Shown piece by piece: positions 1-7,853 of a stretch of DNA of 24,004 bases. The notes beneath the pieces were generated by a model. It ran no database searches. It was given only the letters and a program-made list of their open reading frames with translations, and was not told the origin of the DNA. The stretch comes from a virus. Its lineage: Duplodnaviria > Caudoviricetes. The DNA is taken from positions 1 through 24,004 of the IMG/VR virus record IMGVR_UViG_3300020042_010175. One strand, written 5' to 3'. The position numbers and the translations under genes were made by a program. Within the stretch, counting starts at the first letter, position 1, and each line of letters opens with the position of its first letter.

Positions 1-292
1 CAGTCAAAAGCAAATCCTCAAGTCTCGCCTGCCTGCGGGTCACATGGCCTACCCTGAAGGGCTCAGCGGCCCACTCAATAGCGAGACGGTCGTGATCCTC
101 GGCTGGTCGCTGCTCACACGACACAGCACCGGAGACCTCTACTCTCACCAATGGGAAGAATGGTATAACGGCATGGAAGCAGCTCAGGCGGCACTCAAGC
201 AGGGCCGCTACCAAGAGGAAAATATCCATCCAACCTACCTCTACGACTGGACCACTGGCCAGGGCTATCAGATCGAGGAATCCGCAAAATGA
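1..292 (+). CDS. Hypothetical protein in integron cassette 2 (probably 5'-truncated by window edge)
   Basis: The frame of ORF 44..292 is open back to base 2 (SQKQILKSRLPAGH-MAYPEG...), so the true start may lie outside the window. Its stop overlaps the next ATG (ATGA, 289-292). Confidence 0.65.
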   Translation, partial: SQKQILKSRLPAGHMAYPEGLSGPLNSETVVILGWSLLTRHSTGDLYSHQWEEWYNGMEAAQAALKQGRYQEENIHPTYLYDWTTGQGYQIEESAK

Positions 293-489
293 AAAACGCC
301 CCTGAACCCACACGCGGAGCGCCCCCGAAACGGGGCGCTACCGCCTCCGCCATCATCAACGTCCGCGTGGACGCTGACCGCAAAAACCACTACACCCGCT
401 TCGCGAAAAAGCGACGCGATGGAGACAAGACCCTCGCGGGCCTTGTGATCGAAACACTCGACGCGGCGACTGGCTACCGTGAGGAATGA
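289..489 (+). CDS. Small ribbon-helix-helix-like DNA-binding protein (cassette 2)
   Basis: 66 aa with a basic RGAPPK arm, an alternating beta-strand (IINVRVD) and two helices ending LAGLVIETLDAA. Coupled to the upstream ORF; its stop TGA (487-489) lies inside the attC R' box. Confidence 0.6.
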   Translation: MKNAPEPTRGAPPKRGATASAIINVRVDADRKNHYTRFAKKRRDGDKTLAGLVIETLDAATGYREE

Positions 490-588
490 GAACGATAAGG
501 ATCAGGCACAAAATGGGCGGGCTTGATGCCGCCTCGTCTAGTGCCTCTCAGCCCATTTTGTTGACCTGCATCCGCTGGTTAGGGCTGC
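487..588 (-). mobile_element. attC recombination site
   Basis: The minus strand reads GCAGCCCTAAC (R'') CAGCG GATGCAGG-TCAACAAAATGGGC ...loop... GCCCATTTTG-TG-CCTGATC CTTATC GTTCTCA (R'). This is an imperfect palindrome with extrahelical bases in the L'' arm, an unpaired central spacer and AAC/GTT ends. Predicted crossover G|TT at 493/492. Confidence 0.85.
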
Positions 589-649
589 TGGTCTGGAGCT
601 TTGAAAACGCGACAGCGCGGAGACAGTGAAAATGATTTGAAGTATTTAG

Positions 650-679
650 TTGCAATAACTTCAGCGCGCCCGATAAGTA
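650..679 (+). promoter_or_regulatory. Possible cassette-internal promoter
   Basis: AT-rich segment with TTGCAA (650-655) and a weak -10-like ATAAGT/TAAGTA 17-18 nt later, upstream of ORF 735. Inverted cassette genes would need their own promoter. Confidence 0.3.
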
Positions 680-734
680 GGGGTAGTCAGAAACAACCAA
701 ACCCGCCGAGGCGGTCAAACCTCGATCTCAAAAT

Positions 735-1127
735 ATGAAAAAGCTAGTCGCCAAAAACCCCGTAACAGGACTCTACTTCAACGGCAGAAACTTTGACGGC
801 ACCGTCGAAGAGGCCATGACTCTACGCCCTGGAACTACCGCTGAAACCTTCCGCTTTTCTTGGGCTTGTGGCGTGGTGGTCGAAGAAGTCGAAGTGACGG
901 AAAAGCTCACGGTTGAAGTGCGGACATACACCACATCAATCGGCAGAAAATACCGCTATGTGAAGCGCAGCGATGGCGCTGAATTTCAGGTGGTGAAAGC
1001 AGGGGTAGGATTGTGGGTGATTGAATCACAAAAAGACTTCGCCACTACTTCCGCCACCACGCTGAAAGCCGCGCTGTGCGACATCGTGAATAAACAAAGC
1101 AAAATCACCGGCCATGCCCGCACCTAA
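735..1127 (+). CDS. Hypothetical protein (cassette 1)
   Basis: 130-aa ATG ORF after an A-rich leader; overlaps the next gene by 14 nt; no recognisable motif. Confidence 0.7.
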   Translation: MKKLVAKNPVTGLYFNGRNFDGTVEEAMTLRPGTTAETFRFSWACGVVVEEVEVTEKLTVEVRTYTTSIGRKYRYVKRSDGAEFQVVKAGVGLWVIESQKDFATTSATTLKAALCDIVNKQSKITGHART

Positions 1128-1296
1128 AGGAAACAACTTCGCAGCCAAAGACGACGGGGAGCGCGTAGCGTTCCCCGTCAATGTCCGAGGCACCGAAACC
1201 GAACGGAAGGCTTGGCGCAAAGCTGCCGCTGGCCAGAAGTGGAACGATTGGGCGCGGGATGTCTTGAACGCCGCCGCAGTCCACAAGACGAAATGA
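1114..1296 (+). CDS. Small RHH-like DNA-binding protein (cassette 1)
   Basis: 60 aa. MPAPKGNNFAAK N-terminal arm (a motif common in phage DNA-binding proteins), VNVRG strand, helices ERKAWRKAA and WNDWARDVLNAAA. The stop directly abuts the cassette boundary. Confidence 0.65.
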   Translation: MPAPKGNNFAAKDDGERVAFPVNVRGTETERKAWRKAAAGQKWNDWARDVLNAAAVHKTK

Positions 1297-1364
1297 GCAG
1301 CCCTAACAAGTAATATCCTGCCCATTTTTCTTGATTTTACCCCCTAAATCGGAAAGTTTGCGCC
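1297..1364 (-). mobile_element. Putative attI site / intI upstream region
   Basis: Minus strand ...GGATATTACTTG|TTAGGGC provides a GTTRRR core immediately 5' of intI and divergent from it. There is no long palindrome here, consistent with attI rather than attC. Confidence 0.65.
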
Positions 1365-2357
1365 ATGAAGAAGGCGGAAATGCTCGAACAAGCACGGCTC
1401 GTCTGCCGTGTGCGCCGGTTATCTCGGCACACCGAATCCACTTACATCGGGTGGATTGCGCAATTCGCAGACCACATAAAAACATGCCCGTCTGCCACCC
1501 GTGAAGAGCGCGTCCGCATCTTTTTAGAGCATCTGGCACCGCGCTCCGCCGCATCAACGCAGAATCAAGCACTCAACGCCATCGTCTTTCTCTACCGCGA
1601 CGTGATCAAGCAATCCCTCGGTGAGATTGGCAAGTGGGCGCGTGCGCGTGTGCCTAAGCGTCTGCCCACATGGCTCGCGCCGCAGGAGATGCAGAAATTA
1701 CTCGCCACCATGCCCCCGAATGCGCGTCTGATGGCAGAGTTAGCCTACGGGTCCGGTCTTCGCATCGCTGAACTGCTCGCGCTGCGCATCAAAGACATCG
1801 ACCTGCACGCATGCCTGGTCACCGTGCGCGGCGGCAAAGGCGACAAAGACCGCATGACCGTTCTCCCCAAGTCGCTCGTGCTGCGACTGCATGCCCACCT
1901 AGATCGTGTGCGCGTCATCTATGATCGGGACCGCGCCGCTGGTGCGAATCCCATCTATCTCCCCGACGGACTAGAGCGCAAATTCCCCAACGGAGGCCGC
2001 GAGTGGCCGTGGTTCTGGCTTTGGCCGGCCGCGAATGAAAGCACCGACCCACGTCTCCACATCATCCGTCGTCATCACTTGCATGAAGCCACGCTCGGCA
2101 AGGCACTGCGCCTCGCCGCGCATAAAGCAGGCATCTCCAAACGCGTCACCGCACACACGCTCCGGCATTCATTCGCGACGAACCTCCTCGCTAACGGTGC
2201 TAGTATCACGCAGGTCCAAGAACTCCTCGGTCACAATTCCGTCGAGACCACGCAGGTCTATCTTCATTGTGTCCCGCAATTCGCCAGCACCATCACCAGC
2301 CCGCTCGATGTGCTGCCAGAAGCCTCGAATGTGGTCCCCTTTGTGCGTGCCGCTTAG
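1365..2357 (+). CDS. intI: Integron integrase (tyrosine recombinase, IntI family)
   Basis: N-terminal SRHTESTYIGWI and ASTQNQALNAIVFLY. Catalytic boxes YGSGLR, GGKGDKDR, HTLRHSFAT and LLGHNSVETTQVY. Integron-specific insertion LPDGLERKFPNGGREWPWFWLWPA..STDPR..IIRRHH closely matches IntI1 [35 protein letters not shown]. Confidence 0.95.
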   Translation: MKKAEMLEQARLVCRVRRLSRHTESTYIGWIAQFADHIKTCPSATREERVRIFLEHLAPRSAASTQNQALNAIVFLYRDVIKQSLGEIGKWARARVPKRLPTWLAPQEMQKLLATMPPNARLMAELAYGSGLRIAELLALRIKDIDLHACLVTVRGGKGDKDRMTVLPKSLVLRLHAHLDRVRVIYDRDRAAGANPIYLPDGLERKFPNGGREWPWFWLWPAANESTDPRLHIIRRHHLHEATLGKALRLAAHKAGISKRVTAHTLRHSFATNLLANGASITQVQELLGHNSVETTQVYLHCVPQFASTITSPLDVLPEASNVVPFVRAA

Positions 2358-2373
2358 ATACCCCCCCCCATCT

Positions 2374-2406
2374 TTGACACCGCCGCCGCATGAATGGCCG
2401 CTGTCA
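2374..2406 (+). promoter_or_regulatory. TTGACA start-proximal motif (first copy of a recurrent element)
   Basis: TTGACA 14 nt before ATG 2394, with TGACA/TGTCA inverted arms. The motif recurs at 4413, 6819, 8657, 9721, 16772, 20050 and 23048 (13-16 nt before starts) and at 5042, 5495 and 12103 (32-42 nt before starts). Confidence 0.6.
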
Positions 2407-2732
2407 CCATCGCCGATCTCACCTCGGACTATCGCTTCCACGCCCGCATTCTGCATGCGGGCTCCAATACCGCGCAGCTTCAATGGCTGACCGATCAATA
2501 CCTGCTTCTCGCTGAAGACCGCACCGGCGCTGAGATCACCGCGCAGGCATTCGAGGGCTCCAGCCACTCCGCACAATTCCGCGACTCCACGCCCGAGCAG
2601 CGGCGCATGGCCATTCAAGCTGCGATCGAAGACCTCGAATCCGTCATCGCTGGTCAAGTCGCCAAGTCACTCGCCCGCCCCTTCGGCTTTCGCTTCGCCC
2701 CTGGCTACGAGCCCGCCGCTGTGCTCGGCTAA
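2394..2732 (+). CDS. Putative head-tail joining/head completion protein (gpW-like position)
   Basis: 112 aa directly upstream of a lambda-type portal, with a helix-hairpin-helix-like pattern. Mainly synteny. Confidence 0.55.
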   Translation: MAAVTIADLTSDYRFHARILHAGSNTAQLQWLTDQYLLLAEDRTGAEITAQAFEGSSHSAQFRDSTPEQRRMAIQAAIEDLESVIAGQVAKSLARPFGFRFAPGYEPAAVLG

Positions 2733-2744
2733 TCCCCACACGCC

Positions 2745-4376
2745 ATGGCTAAACGCAAATCTTCCACCACCGCGCCCGCGTCCATCGCCAGCGCATCGCC
2801 CATCGTCAACGCCGCCACGACGACGACCAGCGTCGGCAGCTACCGCAGCACCCCGCGACTCACGCCGTGGAATTCCAAGAGCGTTGAGCGCATGCAGCGG
2901 TCCAAAGACATCGTGCAAATCTCCCGCTTTTTGCAAAGCGAGGAAGGCATCCCCCAGGTCCGCTACGGCATCCAGCAGCTTCCGCGTGAAGCCGTCGGCA
3001 AGGGCATCGGCTGCAAGTCCATCTCACAAGATGCCGCCTTCCGTCGCGATGCCACCGCCCTCTTCAAAAAATGGGCCGATTCCCCCGCCATCGATATCCG
3101 CAAGGAGCACAACCTCTTCGCGATTCAGCCGATGCTGCTCTCCGCCATGCTGGGCGATGGTGAGCTTTTCATCCTGCCCGTCTATGAGCCGACCGGCGCC
3201 TCGTGGTCACTCAATGATCGCAGCAAGCGAGCCTTTCAAATTCAACTCGTGAGCCGCGACCAGCTCACCAATGGCGACGTGCAAAGCGTCGCTGCCCGCA
3301 AGCTCCGCTGGTTTGACGGCCTCCAATACAACGGCCTGGATCAACTCCAGCTCCTGCGTCTGAATCAAGACCCCGACGCCAGTGGTTATCTGCTCTCTAA
3401 AGCGTTCACCGACATCCCGGCGGTCAATGCCATGGGGCACCGCAATATTTTTCACCTCAAAGACCCGACACGAATCCACCAGTATCACGGTGATCCCGTC
3501 ATCTTCGCGAGTGGTCGCGATCTGCTCGATTCGCTCGATCTTAAAGCCCTGCGCAAGCACTCGGCCAAGGTCCGCGCCTCGCTCCTCGGTGCCACCACCA
3601 CCCGCGATGGCAAGATGCTCAATGCGATGCAGCAGATCGCGCTCGCCGAGCAAGGTGGCAACCCCACCGCCGACACAGGCCGTCGCTTCGTCGAGGTCGC
3701 CGAAGGCGCAGTGTTCCTGCCGATGTCGGACAACGAGTCCTTCAACTTTTTCAACAACCCCCAAGAGGGCATCCCGTTTCGCGAGATCCTCGCCGATCTC
3801 CTCCATCCCTTCATGTTTGAGTTGAAGTATCCACCCGAGTGGATCTTCACCCGTGGCAAAGTCGGTGGCGTGGAATATCGCGGACTGCTCCAGCAGGTCG
3901 CCCGCGCTCACGAAGGCCTCCGCGCCCGCTTGTATCCCTTCCTGGAATGGCTGTGGGAAAAAGTCATCGGCACCGCCATGATGCCTGGTGGCCCACTGTT
4001 CCAGTATGCGAACATCGCCGACTGGAATCAGATCGACTTCGTCACCGATCCTGATCCCACCGTCGATGCCGGACGCGACAAACGCGCCGACCTCGAAAGC
4101 CTCGGCGAAAACCTCATCACGCCGGACGATCTCATCGAGCGCAGCACCGGCCAAGATGGCGAAGCCGTGCGCCATGCCGCCATTGATCAAAAGCTCGACA
4201 GCATCCGCTACGCCATCGCCCGCGCCAAAAACCTACCCCTCGACCAGGTCGAAATCCCTGCCTCCGTCGCCCTGGCCATCGGCATGGGCCTCAAGACATT
4301 GCAGCCCGCCTCCGGCATCCTCACGGCCCTCAATCCCGCCACCCTCGCCGCCGACATCGCCGAGCTGGATGCCTAG
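2745..4376 (+). CDS. Phage portal protein, lambda family
   Basis: 543 aa. AMLGDGELFI, DGLQYNGLD, IFHLKDPTRIHQYHGDP and PTVDAGRD segments resemble lambda gpB-type portals; sits before protease and capsid. Confidence 0.85.
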   Translation: MAKRKSSTTAPASIASASPIVNAATTTTSVGSYRSTPRLTPWNSKSVERMQRSKDIVQISRFLQSEEGIPQVRYGIQQLPREAVGKGIGCKSISQDAAFRRDATALFKKWADSPAIDIRKEHNLFAIQPMLLSAMLGDGELFILPVYEPTGASWSLNDRSKRAFQIQLVSRDQLTNGDVQSVAARKLRWFDGLQYNGLDQLQLLRLNQDPDASGYLLSKAFTDIPAVNAMGHRNIFHLKDPTRIHQYHGDPVIFASGRDLLDSLDLKALRKHSAKVRASLLGATTTRDGKMLNAMQQIALAEQGGNPTADTGRRFVEVAEGAVFLPMSDNESFNFFNNPQEGIPFREILADLLHPFMFELKYPPEWIFTRGKVGGVEYRGLLQQVARAHEGLRARLYPFLEWLWEKVIGTAMMPGGPLFQYANIADWNQIDFVTDPDPTVDAGRDKRADLESLGENLITPDDLIERSTGQDGEAVRHAAIDQKLDSIRYAIARAKNLPLDQVEIPASVALAIGMGLKTLQPASGILTALNPATLAADIAELDA

Positions 4377-4431
4377 AGTTCGTTGTTCACGCTTCAGTGT
4401 CTCCACGCGGCTTTGACATGCGTCCGCCAGC

Positions 4432-5487
4432 ATGTCCCGCAAGACCTGGTTCACCATTCGCAACGCCGCCTCCGCCGAAGCCCCCGCTGAAATCTCCATC
4501 CACGACGAGATCGGCGCATGGGGTGTCAGCGCCAAAGATTTTCTCTCCCAGCTCCGCAGCATCGCGGCCGCGACTCCGATCACTCTCTCCATCCACTCGC
4601 CTGGCGGTGAGGTCTTTGATGGTCTTGCCATCTATCATGCGCTGAAGGCACGTGGGAACGTTACCGTGCGCATCGAAGGCCTCGCCGCCTCCATGGCCTC
4701 CGTCATCGCTATGGCAGGCACGCGGATCGAGATGCCACGTAATGCTTTCATGATGATCCACAACCCCAGCGGCTTTGCGGTGGGCGACTCTGCTGACATG
4801 CGCCAGCTCGCCGACCTGCTGGACAAGATCAAAGGCAGCCTCCTCGCCGCTTATCGTGAACGCACGAAAAAGAGCGACGAAGACCTCACCGCGATGATGG
4901 ACGCCGAGACCTGGCTCACCGGTGAAGAAGCCGTCGAGCACGGCTTTGCCGATGCCACCAGCGACGAAGTCGCCCTCAGTGCCTCCGCTTTCAAGACTGC
5001 CCGCATCACCGCCGCGCTGCGTCATGTGCCGAGTGCCCTCTTTGACATCGCGCCGCCAACGTCGCCATCGCGCACTCCCACCCCCATGAAAGCACTCCTC
5101 GCCCTCGCCTCACTCGTCGGCATCACCGTCAAGGGTGATGAAACTGAAGACCAGCTCACCGCTGCCATCACCGCGCACAAGCCGCAGTCTCCGAACGTCG
5201 TCATCGACTTCGAAGACGCCGCTGTGAAAGCCGCCTTCGCTGCCAGCATCACCGAGGCCACGAAGGACGACAAAGCCAAGCTGACCGCGCTGGAAACTGA
5301 GCTCGCCAAAATCACCGCCCTGCTCACCAACGGAGCCGCCGGTGCTGCCGGTGGCAACGCTCCCATCCAAGGCGCTCAAGGTGGCATCGGCAACCCCGCG
5401 AACACCATGACCCGCGCCGCCTTCAACCAGCTCCCCCACGCCGAGCGCAACGCCTTCATGGCAGCCAAAGGCAAGCTCGAAGACTGA
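4432..5487 (+). CDS. ClpP-like head maturation protease with C-terminal scaffold region
   Basis: IHSPGGEVFDGLAIY, GLAASMASVI (catalytic Ser), MMIHNP (His) and ETWLTGEEAVEHGFAD, followed by an Ala-rich/coiled-coil extension. Confidence 0.92.
   Translation: MSRKTWFTIRNAASAEAPAEISIHDEIGAWGVSAKDFLSQLRSIAAATPITLSIHSPGGEVFDGLAIYHALKARGNVTVRIEGLAASMASVIAMAGTRIEMPRNAFMMIHNPSGFAVGDSADMRQLADLLDKIKGSLLAAYRERTKKSDEDLTAMMDAETWLTGEEAVEHGFADATSDEVALSASAFKTARITAALRHVPSALFDIAPPTSPSRTPTPMKALLALASLVGITVKGDETEDQLTAAITAHKPQSPNVVIDFEDAAVKAAFAASITEATKDDKAKLTALETELAKITALLTNGAAGAAGGNAPIQGAQGGIGNPANTMTRAAFNQLPHAERNAFMAAKGKLED
5086..5487 (+). CDS. Probable nested in-frame scaffold protein (lambda Nu3-like)
   Basis: In-frame ATG after a Pro/Ser linker, preceded by a C/A leader (CACTCCCACCCCC) like other gene starts here and by TTGACA at 5042. 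Confidence 0.55.
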   Translation: MKALLALASLVGITVKGDETEDQLTAAITAHKPQSPNVVIDFEDAAVKAAFAASITEATKDDKAKLTALETELAKITALLTNGAAGAAGGNAPIQGAQGGIGNPANTMTRAAFNQLPHAERNAFMAAKGKLED

Positions 5488-5542
5488 TCGCAGATTGACA
5501 CCTCAAACCCAACACACCCCCACCTCTCACTAATCCAAATAT

Positions 5543-6715
5543 ATGGCTAACGACATCTCACTCACTGGACTCACCGAAACCCTCTATGCCGCTCGTGATC
5601 AAGTCGCGATGGAACCCACCGGCTTCGCCCAAGGCGTGATCGTCAACGGCGGTTCCGAAGGCATCTCCGCTGGCGGCACCGTCACTTCGCTGCGCACCAC
5701 CGAGCCCACGCTCGAGACCAGCTACACCCCAGCCATGACGGTGCCTGACGCCGCCGACATCACCACCAGCACCGAGACGCTGACTCTTTCCTCCTACGCG
5801 GGAGCCTCCATCCCGCTCAAGGGCGAGCAATTCGCTCAGCTCTCCAAAACCGTCGGCGCAGAGCTTGCTCTCCAGCAGCTCTATAAGCAGGCCATCCGCA
5901 AAATGCGCAACAGCATCGAGGCCGCAATCGGACTCGCCGCCTACCAAGGCGCAAGCCGCGCTGTCGGCACCGCTGGCACCACGCCATTCGGTTCCAACTT
6001 CGAGATCCTCGCGGATCTCTACCGCATCCTCGAAGACAACGGCACCCCGATGTCTGACGGCATGCTCTCGCTCATCCTCAACACCGCCGCTGGAGCCAAT
6101 CTGCGCAAGCGTTCGACCCTCACCAACGTGGGCGATGCTGGCACGGACGCAACACTGCGCCGCGGTGAACTGCTCAACCTCTTCAACATGTCCATCCGCG
6201 CCAGCGCGGGTGTGCAGGCTCACACGAAGGGCGCAGGCACGGGCTACCTCATCAACAACGGCAACATCGCCGTCGGCAGCACGACTCTCACTGTTGACGG
6301 CGGCACCGTGAACAGCACCGGCATCAAAGCTGGCGACATCATCACCGTGGCCGACGAGCCGACCGCAGGCAACTACGTCGTCAAGACCGGACTCACCGCG
6401 ACCTCTGGCAGCTTGGTGATTAATCATCCCGGCCTGCGTGGTGCCATCGTCAACGACAAGGCCGTCACCGTCGGCAACAGCTACACTGCCAACGTCGCCT
6501 TCCACAAGACCGCCATCGAGCTCGCGATGCGCCCGCCAGCACAACCTCCCGGCGGCGATGCCGGCGAAGAGATCGCGGTGCTGGTGGACGCTGACACCGG
6601 TCTCTCTTTCTCCGCCCGCCTCTACAAAGGCTACGGTATGAGCGAGATCAAGCTCATGGCCTTCTACGGCGTCAAAGTCTGGAAGCCTGAGTTCGTCGCC
6701 ACGCTCCTCGGCTAA
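5543..6715 (+). CDS. Major capsid protein (P22 coat-like, HK97 fold with insertion domain)
   Basis: 390 aa after the protease. LRRGELLNLFNM, IKAGDIITVA insertion domain, NVAFHKTAIELAMRP and C-terminal FYGVKVWKPEF; followed by a strong terminator. Confidence 0.88.
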   Translation: MANDISLTGLTETLYAARDQVAMEPTGFAQGVIVNGGSEGISAGGTVTSLRTTEPTLETSYTPAMTVPDAADITTSTETLTLSSYAGASIPLKGEQFAQLSKTVGAELALQQLYKQAIRKMRNSIEAAIGLAAYQGASRAVGTAGTTPFGSNFEILADLYRILEDNGTPMSDGMLSLILNTAAGANLRKRSTLTNVGDAGTDATLRRGELLNLFNMSIRASAGVQAHTKGAGTGYLINNGNIAVGSTTLTVDGGTVNSTGIKAGDIITVADEPTAGNYVVKTGLTATSGSLVINHPGLRGAIVNDKAVTVGNSYTANVAFHKTAIELAMRPPAQPPGGDAGEEIAVLVDADTGLSFSARLYKGYGMSEIKLMAFYGVKVWKPEFVATLLG

Positions 6716-6766
6716 TCGTGAGACTCTCACCCGGCGCGGTTATTCTTCGCCCGCCGGTGTCCCCTG

Positions 6767-6805
6767 CGCCGCGTCCCTTTTGGTTGGGGGACGCGGCGTT
6801 TTTTT
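6767..6805 (+). terminator. Intrinsic terminator after major capsid gene
   Basis: CGCCGCGTCCC / GGGACGCGGCG stem followed by 7 T. Confidence 0.85.
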
Positions 6806-6837
6806 GTGCCTTCACGCTTTGACATTTCCACCCCGGC

Positions 6838-7197
6838 ATGTCCGCCGCCCTCGTCACCAGTGAAAAGCTGCACCTCGCCACACTGTTGCAGCGGAACCCC
6901 TGCACCATCCTGCTCAACAATCGGCGTCTGCCTGCGGCCTTCATTGCGCGGCGTGGGGTGAAGTTTGAGAACGACGGCGGTGTCATCCAATCGCGCACGA
7001 TCAAGATCGTCGTGGCCTGCGCTTTGCTGCCCACCGCCGACCTCATCGACGCCACCACCGACAGCACCCGCGCCGTGCGTTTCACGCACGTCGAAACGGG
7101 TCGCGTCTATCAGCTCGCCACCGACGCCGGAGCACCCAACGAGTCCCCCCACAGCGTCTTCTGGACACTCACCGGCCAGCAGATCACCACGCAATGA
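6838..7197 (+). CDS. Putative head-closure/neck protein
   Basis: 119-aa beta-rich ORF after the capsid gene, with a TTGACA motif 13 nt upstream; synteny. Confidence 0.6.
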   Translation: MSAALVTSEKLHLATLLQRNPCTILLNNRRLPAAFIARRGVKFENDGGVIQSRTIKIVVACALLPTADLIDATTDSTRAVRFTHVETGRVYQLATDAGAPNESPHSVFWTLTGQQITTQ

Positions 7198-7853
7198 TCA
7201 CTCCGACATATCATGCGGCGGCTGGTTCGCGTTTCGAAGTCCAAGAGGCATTTGAGTTTGGAGTCTCTGGAGTCGTGAAGGTGGATCCCGTGGCGGTGCT
7301 ATGTTGCGCACCTGATTCAGTCTATCACTCGCTCCCTGGAGTCGAGTGTTTTAATGCTTCCCGTGACGTGAGGAGCTTTGTCGGCGGCGTGCCTGTGGTC
7401 GCCCATCCTGTCTGCGCCCCATGGAGCGCCTACTGTGCCCACCAGTGGAAACCCATCGAAGGCGTCAAAGACCTGGGGCCGCTATGTGTCCACTGGCTGA
7501 GAAAATGCGGCGGAGTATTGGAACATCCTGCACACTCCAGACTATTCGAGCACTGCAACCTACCACGACCAGGTGAAAGCAAAGATGGACTGTGGACGAT
7601 TGAAGTCAGCCAAGCGTGGTGGGGTTATTCGATGCTCAAAAAAACTTGGCTGGTCTTTTGCGGCCTAGAACCCACTGAAGTCATGCCGACAATCCCCAAC
7701 CAAAAGCATCACCCCAGAAGCGGCGAAGGTGACCGACGCAGGCAGCAGCGAATGAGCAAGCATCAACGTGCCGCCACCGTGCCAACATTGGCAAGGTGGT
7801 TGGTGGAAACAGCAAGACGGGCAAAGTGCCCAACCGAAAACACGCAATGATCA
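7188..7853. repeat. 13-bp direct repeat CACGCAATGATCA (7188-7200 and 7841-7853) flanking the moron
   Basis: Exact repeat read directly from the sequence; each copy contains an ATGA start/stop overlap. Confidence 0.85.
7194..7850 (+). CDS. DNA cytosine-methyltransferase-like moron protein (true start may be a GTG further downstream, near 7275)
   Basis: VVAHPVCAPWS resembles motif IV (PC) and GGVLEHP resembles motif VI (ENV-like). Codon and base style differ from the neighbours; flanked by 13-bp direct repeats. Confidence 0.55.
   Translation: MITPTYHAAAGSRFEVQEAFEFGVSGVVKVDPVAVLCCAPDSVYHSLPGVECFNASRDVRSFVGGVPVVAHPVCAPWSAYCAHQWKPIEGVKDLGPLCVHWLRKCGGVLEHPAHSRLFEHCNLPRPGESKDGLWTIEVSQAWWGYSMLKKTWLVFCGLEPTEVMPTIPNQKHHPRSGEGDRRRQQRMSKHQRAATVPTLARWLVETARRAKCPTENTQ

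Larger units (their letters stand above)
493..1306 (-). mobile_element. Integron gene cassette 1 (814 bp), with genes inverted relative to cassette direction
   Basis: The cassette starts on the minus strand at G|TTAGGGCTGC (1307-1297). That 11-mer is the exact complement of the R'' end of its attC (GTTAGGGCTGC at 578-588 on +), as expected for a cassette integrated from a circle. Confidence 0.8.

Noticed and set aside
487-588. Reading the palindrome as a terminator or as a plus-strand attC
   Set aside because: There is no U tract. The extrahelical bases and the match to 1297-1307 fit only a minus-strand attC.
1320-1328. GCCCATTTT shared between the attI region and the attC stem (551-559)
   Set aside because: A single 9-mer match that could be chance, with no mechanistic need.
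1308-1364. LexA box upstream of intI
   Set aside because: No CTGT-N8-ACAG or TGTTC-N4-GAACA seen, so SOS control is not supported from the sequence.
2361-2369. Poly-C run after intI as a phase-variation tract
   Set aside because: Intergenic, upstream of the motif, and in a generally C-rich strand; no evidence of function.
3207-6730. Long minus-strand ORFs (3207..4190, 4387..5025, 5558..6730) and similar shadows elsewhere
   Set aside because: They lie antisense to clear portal, protease and capsid genes, have no motifs, and are expected from GC-rich codon bias.
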